The notes: generated by a model from the letters alone, not told the origin. 64,000 bases of DNA from Gammaproteobacteria bacterium (GCA_963664945.1 OY761822.1:3847162-3911161), one strand, 5' to 3'. Shown: positions 10,799 to 22,508, counted from the stretch's first letter. Numbers and translations are program-made.

Positions 10799-11881
10799 CT
10801 AGCCGTGCCGCGCTTCAAAGTCCGACATGAACGCGATCAGCGCATCCACGCCCGCCTCGGGGAGCGCGTTGTAGATGCTGGCCCGCATGCCTCCAACCAG
10901 GCGGTGCCCCTTGAGATTGGCGAGGCCCGCCTGCGCCGACTCCTCGAGGAACACCGCGTCCAGTTTTTTGTCGGCGAGCGTGAACGGGATGTTCATCCAG
11001 GACCGGCAGGCGGGGTCCACGGGGTTGTCGAAGAACCCGCTCGCATCGATCGCCGCGTAGAGCTTGCCCGCCTTGCGGCGATTGCGTTCGGCCATGGCGT
11101 CGAGGCCGCCCTGCTCCCGGATCCATTCGAGCACCAGCCCGGCCACGTACCACGAAAACGTCGGCGGCGTGTTGGACATGGAATCCGCATCCGCCATGAC
11201 CCGGTAGTTGACGACCGCCGGGGTTTCCGGGCGCGCCCGTCCGAGCAGATCGTCCCGCACGATCACCACCGTGATGCCCGGCGGACCGATATTCTTCTGG
11301 GCGCCGGCGTATATCACCCCGTATCGGCCGACATCCACCGGGCGCGACAGCAGCGTCGACGACATGTCGGCGGCAATCGGGGCGTCGGACACTTCGGGGA
11401 CCTCGTGGAATTCCACCCCGACCACGGTCTCGTTGATCACGAGATGGAGGTATTCGGCATCGCCCGAAAGGCGCCAGGAAGCCGGGTCCGGGATGCTCGT
11501 GAAGTTGCCGTCCCGTCCGCTGGCTGCCTCGTTGGCGCGCAGGAAGCGCCGCGCCTCGCCAATCGCCTTGACACCCCAGTTCCCCGTGGTCACATAGTCC
11601 GCGGCATCGCCCGCTCCGGCCAGGTTGAGCGGCAGAGCCGCGAACTGCATCGTGGCGCCGCCCTGCAGGAACAGGATGCTGTAGTTTTCCGGTATCCGAA
11701 GCAGCTCGCGCAAGGCGCTCGAGGACCGCTCGGCGAGTTCGATGAATTCCTTGCCGCGATGGCTGACTTCCATCACCGACATTCCGGTGCCGCGCCAATC
11801 GAGCAGTTCGTTCCGGGCTCGTTCCAGAACGCACGTCGGAAGCGTGGCGGGACCCGGGGAGAAGTTATAGATGCGTTCCAT
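10799..11881 (-). CDS. serC: Phosphoserine aminotransferase
   Basis: MERIYNFSPGPATLP N-terminus, typical of SerC; GAQKNIGP motif. Start at ATG 11881. Confidence 0.9.
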   Translation of the reverse strand: MERIYNFSPGPATLPTCVLERARNELLDWRGTGMSVMEVSHRGKEFIELAERSSSALRELLRIPENYSILFLQGGATMQFAALPLNLAGAGDAADYVTTGNWGVKAIGEARRFLRANEAASGRDGNFTSIPDPASWRLSGDAEYLHLVINETVVGVEFHEVPEVSDAPIAADMSSTLLSRPVDVGRYGVIYAGAQKNIGPPGITVVIVRDDLLGRARPETPAVVNYRVMADADSMSNTPPTFSWYVAGLVLEWIREQGGLDAMAERNRRKAGKLYAAIDASGFFDNPVDPACRSWMNIPFTLADKKLDAVFLEESAQAGLANLKGHRLVGGMRASIYNALPEAGVDALIAFMSDFEARHG

Positions 11882-11910
11882 GAACTGCTGCGGAATCGTG
11901 CAACGGCGCG

Positions 11911-14517
<2,607 letters not shown>

Positions 14518-14785
14518 CGTCTCGCGGTCTTCGCGACGGGCTCAGTATTCCCCTGACAAACTACTCTGATACAGGCTACGCGGGTCACCGCATGACCTTC
14601 GCAGCCCCGCGGTTCAGGTCGCCGAAATGCACTTGAAGAAACCGTAATCCAAGCGTTCAGAATGACCCCGTAATTCTAACACAACAGGCGCCTTGGCCCG
14701 CGGCCGGTCCAGCAGTCTGCGCCGCAGGCTCCCGGCCCGCTATACTTTGCGCCTGTACCCGTCTCCGCCCTGGTGGCCGTCTGCC

Positions 14786-16105
14786 GTGAGCCAACCCATC
14801 GACGTGCTGATCTGTCCTCGCTGGACCATTGCCGTGGAACCCGATCTCGTGGCGCGGGAAGGGCTTTGCATGGCCATTCAGGACGGCAGGATTCTGGCCG
14901 TGCCGACCAGGGAGCAGGCGCTTCGGCGATTTGCTCCGCGAGACGTCTGCGAACGCCCGAACCACGTGCTGATGCCGGGGCTGGTGAACGCCCACGGCCA
15001 CGCGGCCATGACGCTGATGCGCGGCTGCGCCGACGACCTGCCCCTGAAGGAGTGGCTCAGCGAGAAGGTCTGGCCGACCGAGATGAGGTTCGCGGCGCCG
15101 GACTTCGTGGAAGATGGCGTCCGGTTGGCGGTTGCCGAGATGCTTCGCGGGGGCATCACCTGCTTTGCCGACATGTACTTCTACCCGCAGTCGACCGCGA
15201 GCGTGGCCGCGGAATCCGGCATGCGGCTGGTGGCGGGCATGATCGCCCTGGAATTTCCCACGCCCTGGGCGGAGGATGCGGCGGAATACATACGCAAGGG
15301 GCTTGCCGTGCACGATACACTTCGCTCCGAGCCCCTGGTGAGCGCCATGTTCGCGCCCCATGCGCCGTACACCGTTTCCGACGACACGCTCGGACGCATT
15401 CGCCAGCTCGCCGACCAGCTCGATGTCCCGGTGCAGATGCACGTCCACGAAACCGCGGGCGAGGTGGACGATGCCCTCTCCGGGACGGGCCGGCGGCCGA
15501 TTCGGCGCCTCGACGATCTGGGGCTGATCAACCCGAGCCTGATGGCAGTGCACGCCACTCAACTGACTTCCGGGGAAATCGCGCTTCTGGCTCGCAACGG
15601 TTGCAGCGTGATCCATTGCCCGCGGTCCAACCTCAAGCTGGCAAGCGGCGCCTGCCCCGTGGCCGACCTCCTGGCGGCGGGCGTCAACGTGGCCCTCGGC
15701 ACCGATGGCGCGGCCAGCAACAACCGCCTGGACCTGTGGGCCGAGATGGACGCCGCGGCGCTGCTCGGCAAACTGGTCGCCGGTGACGCCACGGCCCTGC
15801 CCGCGCCCGAGCTGCTGAAGATGGCCACCATCAACGGCGCGCGGGCACTCGGGCTTCAGGACACCATCGGTTCCATCGAGCCCGGCAAGAGCGCCGACGT
15901 GATCTGCGTGCGCCTGGACGCGGTGGAAACGCGTCCCGTGCACGATCCGGTCTCCCAATTGGTGTACGCGGCCGGGCGCGAACACGTCACCGATGTCTGG
16001 GTCGCCGGGGAACACCTGCTGGACGACCGGACACTGACACGGATGGACACGTCGACCGCATGCGCCAGGGCGGACCGATGGGCGCACAGGATCCAGGCAT
16101 CGTGA
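14786..16105 (+). CDS. mtaD: Amidohydrolase of the MtaD/TRZ-ATZ family (5-methylthioadenosine/S-adenosylhomocysteine deaminase-like)
   Basis: VNAHGHAAMTL metal-binding motif and HVHET motif. Start moved to in-frame GTG 14786 (VSQPIDVLICPRW); the upstream part of the tracked ORF is Arg/Pro-rich. Confidence 0.8.
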   Translation: MSQPIDVLICPRWTIAVEPDLVAREGLCMAIQDGRILAVPTREQALRRFAPRDVCERPNHVLMPGLVNAHGHAAMTLMRGCADDLPLKEWLSEKVWPTEMRFAAPDFVEDGVRLAVAEMLRGGITCFADMYFYPQSTASVAAESGMRLVAGMIALEFPTPWAEDAAEYIRKGLAVHDTLRSEPLVSAMFAPHAPYTVSDDTLGRIRQLADQLDVPVQMHVHETAGEVDDALSGTGRRPIRRLDDLGLINPSLMAVHATQLTSGEIALLARNGCSVIHCPRSNLKLASGACPVADLLAAGVNVALGTDGAASNNRLDLWAEMDAAALLGKLVAGDATALPAPELLKMATINGARALGLQDTIGSIEPGKSADVICVRLDAVETRPVHDPVSQLVYAAGREHVTDVWVAGEHLLDDRTLTRMDTSTACARADRWAHRIQAS

Positions 16106-16818
16106 GCGCCGCGGCGCCCAACGCCGACCCCCGGGAACTGGACCGGTTCGAAGCGCTGGCCGACCGTTGGTGGAATCCTGACGGACCGATGAAAGCGCTG
16201 CACGAGATCAACCCCCTGCGGCTTGACTACATCGACAGGCGCGCTCCGCTAAACGGCGCCCGCGTGCTGGACGTGGGATGCGGCGCGGGCCTGCTGAGCG
16301 AGGGGATGGCGCGTCGCGGCGCGAGGGTCCTGGGCATCGATCTCGCCCGGGCGAGCCTCGATGTGGCCGCCGCCCATGCCCGGGACCACGATGTCGAGGT
16401 TCAATACCGTTGCCGGAGCGCCGAGCAACTGGCCGCCGAGCAACCCGGGGCTTTCGAAATCGTGACTTGCCTGGAAATGCTGGAGCATGTCCCGGACCCC
16501 GCTCAGGTCGTTGCCGCCTGCGCCCGCGCGGTACAACCCGGCGGCACGGTGTTCTTTTCCACCATCAATCGCAACCTGAAGAGCTTTCTGCTCGCCATCG
16601 TCGGCGCCGAACACGTGCTGGGGATGCTCCCCAGGGGGACCCACGAATACGAAAAACTGATACGGCCTTCGGAGTTGGCCGGGTGGTGCCGGAAAGCCGG
16701 ACTGCAGGTGCTCGATCTCACCGGCCTGCACTACAACCCCGTGACCCGGAGCTTCCGGCTCGGGGGGAACGTGGATGTCAACTACTTCGCCGAGACGCAA
16801 CGCGGCGCCCGGCAATGA
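16102..16818 (+). CDS. ubiG: Bifunctional 3-demethylubiquinol 3-O-methyltransferase
   Basis: ELDRFEALADRWWNPDGPMKALHEINPLRLDYI and the SAM motif VLDVGCGAGLLSE. The in-frame GTG 16102 overlaps the mtaD stop (GTGA). Alternative starts are 16060 and 16078. Confidence 0.85.
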   Translation: MSAAAPNADPRELDRFEALADRWWNPDGPMKALHEINPLRLDYIDRRAPLNGARVLDVGCGAGLLSEGMARRGARVLGIDLARASLDVAAAHARDHDVEVQYRCRSAEQLAAEQPGAFEIVTCLEMLEHVPDPAQVVAACARAVQPGGTVFFSTINRNLKSFLLAIVGAEHVLGMLPRGTHEYEKLIRPSELAGWCRKAGLQVLDLTGLHYNPVTRSFRLGGNVDVNYFAETQRGARQ

Positions 16819-17477
16819 GCGTGGACGCCATCCTCATGGACCTGGACGGGACGCTGGTCGACACCGCCCCCGACCTGGTCGGCGTGCTTAACGCGCTCCT
16901 GGTTGACCGCGGCCGTCCGCCCGTACCCTTCGCCATCGCCCGCAACGAGGTTTCCAACGGCGCCCTGGGGCTGCTCCGCCTGGGTTTTCCGGAGCGTGGC
17001 GGCGACGATGGGCTTGAGCCGTTGCGTCTGGAATTTCTTGAGGTTTACACGCGTGAAGTGTGCGTTCATTCCAGGTTATTCGGTGGTTTGGAGGCTGTTC
17101 TTTCGGGGCTGCATGAACGTTCCACCCCTTGGGGTATCGTCACGAACAAGCCTCACGCCATGACCGCTCCGCTGCTGGAAGCGCTCGATCTGCCCGATCC
17201 GCCGGGTTGCGTGGTCAGCGGCGACCGGCTGCCGCAGCGAAAACCCCACCCTGCCCCGCTGAGGCTCGGCGCCGACGAACTGGGTATCGACGCCGGACGC
17301 TGCGTCTATGTGGGCGACGCCCGGCGCGACATCGACGCCGGACGGGCGGCGGGCATGGCAACCATCGCCGCCGCCTACGGTTACATCCGGGCCGCGGACG
17401 ACCCCGCGCAGTGGGGCGCCACGGCAGTCATCCGGCGACCGGGCGAATTGCTCGACGCGGTGAACGGGTTGAAATGA
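16815..17477 (+). CDS. gph: HAD-family phosphoglycolate phosphatase
   Basis: MSVDAILMDLDGTLVDT (DxDGT HAD motif I) and VYVGDARRDIDAGRAAG (motif IV). The ATG overlaps the ubiG stop (ATGA). Confidence 0.8.
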   Translation: MSVDAILMDLDGTLVDTAPDLVGVLNALLVDRGRPPVPFAIARNEVSNGALGLLRLGFPERGGDDGLEPLRLEFLEVYTREVCVHSRLFGGLEAVLSGLHERSTPWGIVTNKPHAMTAPLLEALDLPDPPGCVVSGDRLPQRKPHPAPLRLGADELGIDAGRCVYVGDARRDIDAGRAAGMATIAAAYGYIRAADDPAQWGATAVIRRPGELLDAVNGLK

Positions 17478-17548
17478 CAAGCCCAGACTCATTGCCGGCC
17501 TACATTCAAGGCTCAAATCACGTCAACAAATAGCGGTATCGAGTTGCA

Positions 17549-18304
17549 ATGAAGGTTCCAAACTCATTGCGGGCATACAAGCCCCGCATCGACCTGCTGG
17601 AAGGCCGGGTGATCCTGGTCACGGGGGCCAACCGCGGTATCGGCCGGGCCGTGGCCCGGGAACTCACGGTGCACGGAGCGACGGTAATCCTGCATGGGCG
17701 CGATGCCGCGGCCCTGGATGCGCTTTACCGGGAACTGTCCGAGCTGGGACCGGAGCCGGCAGTGGCCCCCCTGGACCTGGCAACCGCGCAAGGGGACGCC
17801 TACCGTCAGTTGACCGAGAGTATCGCGGCGCGCTTCGGCAAGCTCGACGGACTGCTTCACAACGCCGGCATCCTCGGAGACCGGAGTCCGGTCGAGCATT
17901 ACGACATAGCTCTGTGGCAAACGGTGATGCACGTCAACCTCAACGCGCCATTCATCCTCACCCGCTGCCTCATCCCATTGCTCCAACGGGCCGCCGACGC
18001 TTCCGTAGTCTTCACCACCAGCGGCGTCGGCAACCGGGGACGCGCCTACTGGGGCGCGTACTGCTGCTCCAAGTTCGCGACGGAAGGCTTGGCGCAGGTA
18101 TTGGCCGATGAACTGGAGAACTCGAACATACGCGTCAACTCCATCAACCCCGGCGCGGCACGAACGGCCATGCGAAGCGCCGCATTTCCCGCCGAAGACC
18201 CAGGGTCGCTGGCGCGGCCGGAAGAGCTGACCCGCGCGTACCTGTGGCTGCTGGGCCCGGATAGCCGCGGGGTCACCGGGCGCCGGGTAGAAGCGCAAGC
18301 GTGA
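17549..18304 (+). CDS. Short-chain dehydrogenase/reductase (YciK-like)
   Basis: 251 aa. TGANRGIGRA cofactor loop and YCCSK catalytic motif (YxxxK). Position after ubiG-gph as in other gammaproteobacteria. Confidence 0.78.
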   Translation: MKVPNSLRAYKPRIDLLEGRVILVTGANRGIGRAVARELTVHGATVILHGRDAAALDALYRELSELGPEPAVAPLDLATAQGDAYRQLTESIAARFGKLDGLLHNAGILGDRSPVEHYDIALWQTVMHVNLNAPFILTRCLIPLLQRAADASVVFTTSGVGNRGRAYWGAYCCSKFATEGLAQVLADELENSNIRVNSINPGAARTAMRSAAFPAEDPGSLARPEELTRAYLWLLGPDSRGVTGRRVEAQA

Positions 18305-18328
18305 GCTCGGACGACTGGACGGTACGAA

Positions 18329-18357
18329 CTATCCCCGCGAGCAGGGGGAAACCCTAC
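18329..18357 (-). repeat. Solo type I-E-like CRISPR repeat, copy A
   Basis: Plus strand reads CTATCCCCGCGAGCAGGGGGAAACCCTAC. The minus strand resembles the E. coli I-E repeat GAGTTCCCCGCGCCAGCGGGGATAAACCG (CCCCG...CGGGG stem followed by GGGGATA). Confidence 0.5.
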
Positions 18358-18451
18358 TTGCGGGCGCCAACGTCTATTGGGAGTGTTTACGGCTGTTGGC
18401 AAGGTTTGCCAGCGGACGTGCAAGTGGTGTCATATACGGGCTGATAGCCGT

Positions 18452-18745
18452 TCAGGCCGCCTCACGCTCGCGTTTCAATCGCGCAATGTCGTATTGAGCC
18501 TGTGCCGCGAGCCAGAATCGGGCCGTTGACCAGCCGGCGGCCTCCAGGTCAACCGCCAGACTGACCGGAATGCGCCCCTGACCGCCCAGAATGCGGGAGA
18601 TCTTCGCCCGCGAGATATTCAGCCTCTTGGCAGTCGCGGTGACGGTTTCGCCGTGACCGTCTATCCAGTCCCGTAACAGTTCCCCCGGATGACAGGGACT
18701 GGCGAGTTCGACGCGCTCGCCGCTTGCGTTGCCCGTGTGCTTCAT
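18452..18745 (-). CDS. HigA/VapI-family XRE helix-turn-helix antitoxin-like protein
   Basis: HPGELLRDWI....TVTATAKRLNISRAKISRILGGQGRIPVSLAVDLEAAGWSTARFWLAAQAQYDI matches the HigA (VapI) pattern. Start ATG 18745, or 18766. Confidence 0.7.
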   Translation of the reverse strand: MKHTGNASGERVELASPCHPGELLRDWIDGHGETVTATAKRLNISRAKISRILGGQGRIPVSLAVDLEAAGWSTARFWLAAQAQYDIARLKREREAA

Positions 18746-18812
18746 GTTCGCGCCCTTGCCCAGCATAGCCTGGCCGGAGATCGGCAGGACAGCGATCGAC
18801 AGGAAGAAGCGG

Positions 18813-19028
18813 CTAACGAGGCGATGACCGTGTCCGGCGTGCCTGGTGCATTCGCCAGAGCTCCGCGCCCACGTTCCAGATGAACGCCAGAACCAGCCCG
18901 AACGGCCTGAGCAGGTACGCGAGCCCCGCGAACGCGAGGATGCAAAGCGCCGCGATCAGGAACCAGAGGCTGGTCCAAATCACTCCCCACACGATGGCGT
19001 CGATGATGTTCAACAGCACTTCCAGCAT
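18813..19028 (-). CDS. Hypothetical small two-TM membrane protein
   Basis: 71 aa with strong GC3 codon bias and two hydrophobic helices (IIDAIVWGVIWTSLWFLIAALCILAFAGLAYLL / FGLVLAFIW). No obvious Shine-Dalgarno. Confidence 0.45.
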   Translation of the reverse strand: MLEVLLNIIDAIVWGVIWTSLWFLIAALCILAFAGLAYLLRPFGLVLAFIWNVGAELWRMHQARRTRSSPR

Positions 19029-19048
19029 CGGTTAACCGGGCCATGCGC

Positions 19049-19078
19049 CTATCCCCGCGAGCACGGGGAAACCCGTAC
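19049..19078 (-). repeat. Solo type I-E-like CRISPR repeat, copy B
   Basis: CTATCCCCGCGAGCACGGGGAAACCCGTAC. Differs from copy A by one substitution and one inserted G. Same orientation, 720 bp away. Confidence 0.5.
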
Positions 19079-19229
19079 CGTCGGGCGCTTTCTGGTCGAC
19101 GAACGGTTCGCGGGTGGAGTTCAACAAGTGCTCGCCGACGGCGCGCATGGCGGGGGTGAGGTCGCGGCCGGCGCGCAGCATCTAGTCCAGCGCCTCGCGG
19201 ACGCGGCGGTCGTCGAACTTCAGGTCGAT
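19079..19229 (-). pseudogene. Fragment of a phage virion-morphogenesis (Mu G / P2 S-like tail-completion) gene
   Basis: Minus-strand translation IDLKFDDRRVREALD*MLRAGRDLTPAMRAVGEHLLNSTREPFVDQKAPDG fits the conserved N-terminus of this family. In-frame TAG at 19182-19184. The similarity ends at repeat B. Confidence 0.5.
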
Positions 19230-19685
19230 ACACAACGGTGTCGATCAGCCGGCCGGCGCGACGCCCGCGGCCCGGCCATGCTCCGACTCCGCCCACATGC
19301 GGGCCTCCGCGGCAACCAATTGTCGGACTTCGTCGTCGTCGAGGACGCTGTTTTCGACCATCAGCGCCTCCATGTCCGCCTGCTATTCTTCAGCGCTGGC
19401 GTATAACGGCGGTGCCCCGTCCGTGGTCTGCCACTTGTCGAGAGTCAGTCTTATCGAGGGTGTCGTGCGCTCGAAGAATTCCTCGCGGGACACCGGTTCG
19501 TCGTCGATGTAGTGCGCTGCCCACATGTTGCCATTGTACCTCGTGCAACTCGATCTCGTACCGAATCCGCCCGTCGCGCAGTTCGGCTTCGATTCGGCTC
19601 GCCACGCGGAAACGCGTGTCGATATCGAACAAGACCTCGCGCTCCCGCGGGTTGCGGGACAGCGCCTCGAAGTGTCTTCCTTGAA

Positions 19686-22496
19686 GTTGCGGTTGGACCG
19701 CGATTTCCCATCAGCTAGACTCGTGGATCGGGTCGAACGGCGCGGACATCTGTTGCGGTTGGACCGCGATTTCCCATCAGCTAGACTATTGAAGCGCTCT
19801 CAAGCACGTCTCTGGTAGTTGCGGTTGGACCGCGATTTCCCATCAGCTAGACTTGTCCAAGAGGAGTCGCACTAAGATACCTAGTTGCGGTTGGACCGCG
19901 ATTTCCCATCAGCTAGACTGTCGTCCAGTAGCGGCCGGCATGCGGTACCGTTGCGGTTGGACCGCGATTTCCCATCAGCTAGACTCGTCGACGCCGAGGC
20001 GTCCAGCCGGGCCGCGTTGCGGTTGGACCGCGATTTCCCATCAGCTAGACTGGTCAGCGCGTTCATGGCCCAGCACAACACGTTGCGGTTGGACCGCGAT
20101 TTCCCATCAGCTAGACTGCGCGGTCCAGGCGCTCGCGCATTCCGAGCGTTGCGGTTGGACCGCGATTTCCCATCAGCTAGACTGGTGGGCGCCACCGCCG
20201 CGATCACCGCGCCGTTGCGGTTGGACCGCGATTTCCCATCAGCTAGACTGTTGACCATCGCTTCGTCGACGTCGGAGACGTTGCGGTTGGACCGCGATTT
20301 CCCATCAGCTAGACTCCGGCGGGCCGCGCCTCATCGCCGACAGCAAGTTGCGGTTGGACCGCGATTTCCCATCAGCTAGACTGCAAAGCCAAATCGCGAC
20401 AAGGGACGGACGGTTGCGGTTGGACCGCGATTTCCCATCAGCTAGACTGCGAACCCACGAGCGACATCGTGTTCTGCAGTTGCGGTTGGACCGCGATTTC
20501 CCATCAGCTAGACTGGCCTGGAGACAAAAGAAACCTCGTGGATACGTTGCGGTTGGACCGCGATTTCCCATCAGCTAGACTGTGTCGGCGGCGGTGGACC
20601 GGAGCATCGATGTTGCGGTTGGACCGCGATTTCCCATCAGCTAGACTAAGAGGCTCGGCGGGAAGAGCGCACGACGAGTTGCGGTTGGACCGCGATTTCC
20701 CATCAGCTAGACTCGCCGCTGGCTCCGGCTCAATAGCCTGCCCGTTGCGGTTGGACCGCGATTTCCCATCAGCTAGACTGGGGAATCCATCCACCACCGC
20801 GCCCAGAACGTTGCGGTTGGACCGCGATTTCCCATCAGCTAGACTGCACGCGACTCAAACAAACCTGCCAATCATGTTGCGGTTGGACCGCGATTTCCCA
20901 TCAGCTAGACTGCTCCCCGAGGCCGGTGTCCGCTTCCGCCCGTTGCGGTTGGACCGCGATTTCCCATCAGCTAGACTGTCGTGCTCGTGGTCCGCCTCGC
21001 CGTCGACGTTGCGGTTGGACCGCGATTTCCCATCAGCTAGACTCCAGGCGGCCAGCGCGCGCGATGTGCCGCTGTTGCGGTTGGACCGCGATTTCCCATC
21101 AGCTAGACTGTGGCGGTTCGTGTGGTGGCTGGTGCTCGGGTTGCGGTTGGACCGCGATTTCCCATCAGCTAGACTAGCGCTCGTTCGCCGCTGCATGCTG
21201 GATTGGTTGCGGTTGGACCGCGATTTCCCATCAGCTAGACTCGCGGGGGATCCAATCGAACAGCGCGGTGACGTTGCGGTTGGACCGCGATTTCCCATCA
21301 GCTAGACTCGTCCTGGCCGACGGCACCCGCCTGGCGGAGTTGCGGTTGGACCGCGATTTCCCATCAGCTAGACTGGTGGCGGCCGTATCGGTGGCGACGT
21401 TAACCGTTGCGGTTGGACCGCGATTTCCCATCAGCTAGACTCCTGTCCTACTAAGCCGAAACGCCTCGGGAGTTGCGGTTGGACCGCGATTTCCCATCAG
21501 CTAGACTGGCTCGACGGGGCGATGCGCGAGGGCGTCAGTTGCGGTTGGACCGCGATTTCCCATCAGCTAGACTGCGGCCGCGCATGCCGACGTGAGCCGC
21601 GCCTGTTGCGGTTGGACCGCGATTTCCCATCAGCTAGACTAGCCCAGATGCCGTCGCACAGCCACGGCAAGTTGCGGTTGGACCGCGATTTCCCATCAGC
21701 TAGACTGGCCTGCCAATGGCCGTCGTGTCCGCGGCGCCGTTGCGGTTGGACCGCGATTTCCCATCAGCTAGACTTGCGACGCCCGAGTTGCGGTTGGACC
21801 GCGTCGGATGTCCATTTCCGTTTAAGTTGCGGTTGGACCGCGATTTCCCATCAGCTAGACTCACGCGGGCGACAGCCCGGAAGCGACCTGCGTTGCGGTT
21901 GGACCGCGATTTCCCATCAGCTAGACTCGATGCCGCGCGGCTACGACGCCACGATTCCCGGCGTCGTTGCGGTTGGACCGCGATTTCCCATCAGCTAGAC
22001 CATCAGCTAGACTAGCCCCAGCCAATCGTCGGTGACGCGGACCGTTGCGGTTGGACCGCGATTTCCCATCAGCTAGACTTGGACGCCGGCGCGGTCGCGG
22101 AGCGATTTCCCATCGAGCTCAACACGGAAACTGGTTGCGGTTGGACCGCGATTTCCCATCAGCTAGACTAGACTGGCGCGGAGCGCGAGCTCAACACGGA
22201 ACTGGTTGCGTCGATTTCCCATCAGCTAGACTTTCCGTCGACACCGGCGCCCTGCTCTGCTGGTTGCGGTTGGACCGCGATTTCCCATCAGCTAGACTGG
22301 CTCACCTTCGAAGACGGCGCGGCGCTCCGTTGCGGTTGGACCGCGATTTCCCATCAGCTAGACTGCGATGGCGAAATCGCCGGGCAGCGGGACTGTTGCG
22401 GTTGGACCGCGATTTCCCATCAGCTAGACTATCGCCCCGTGACACTTGCGCGGCGCTGCCGTTGCGGTTGGACCGCGATTTCCCATCAGCTAGACT
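19686..22496 (+). CRISPR. Type II-C CRISPR array, 42 repeat units
   Basis: 36-nt consensus GTTGCGGTTGGACCGCGATTTCCCATCAGCTAGACT with a 66-nt period. Spacers are 30-32 nt in units 1-31. First repeat 19686-19721, last 22461-22496. Strand assigned from complementarity to the anti-repeat at 28302-28336. Confidence 0.97.
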
Positions 22497-22508
22497 AGAC
22501 CGAAAGAT

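Noticed and set aside
18305-18328. Direct repeats or att sites at the island borders (18305-18328 versus 30046-30281)
   Set aside because: No shared sequence of convincing length was seen at the two borders, and no integrase or tRNA is present, so no att site is claimed.
18329-19078. Calling the two I-E-like repeats a second CRISPR array
   Set aside because: There are only two copies, 720 bp apart, with protein-coding genes between them and no I-E cas genes in view. They are kept as solo repeats of uncertain nature rather than an array.
19722-22460. Self-targeting spacers against IS630, ISAs1 or the phage remnant in this window
   Set aside because: I compared several of the more distinctive spacers (for example TGTCCAAGAGGAGTCGCACTAAGATACCTA and GCACGCGACTCAAACAAACCTGCCAATCAT) by eye and saw no match. 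This is not exhaustive and needs a computational search.
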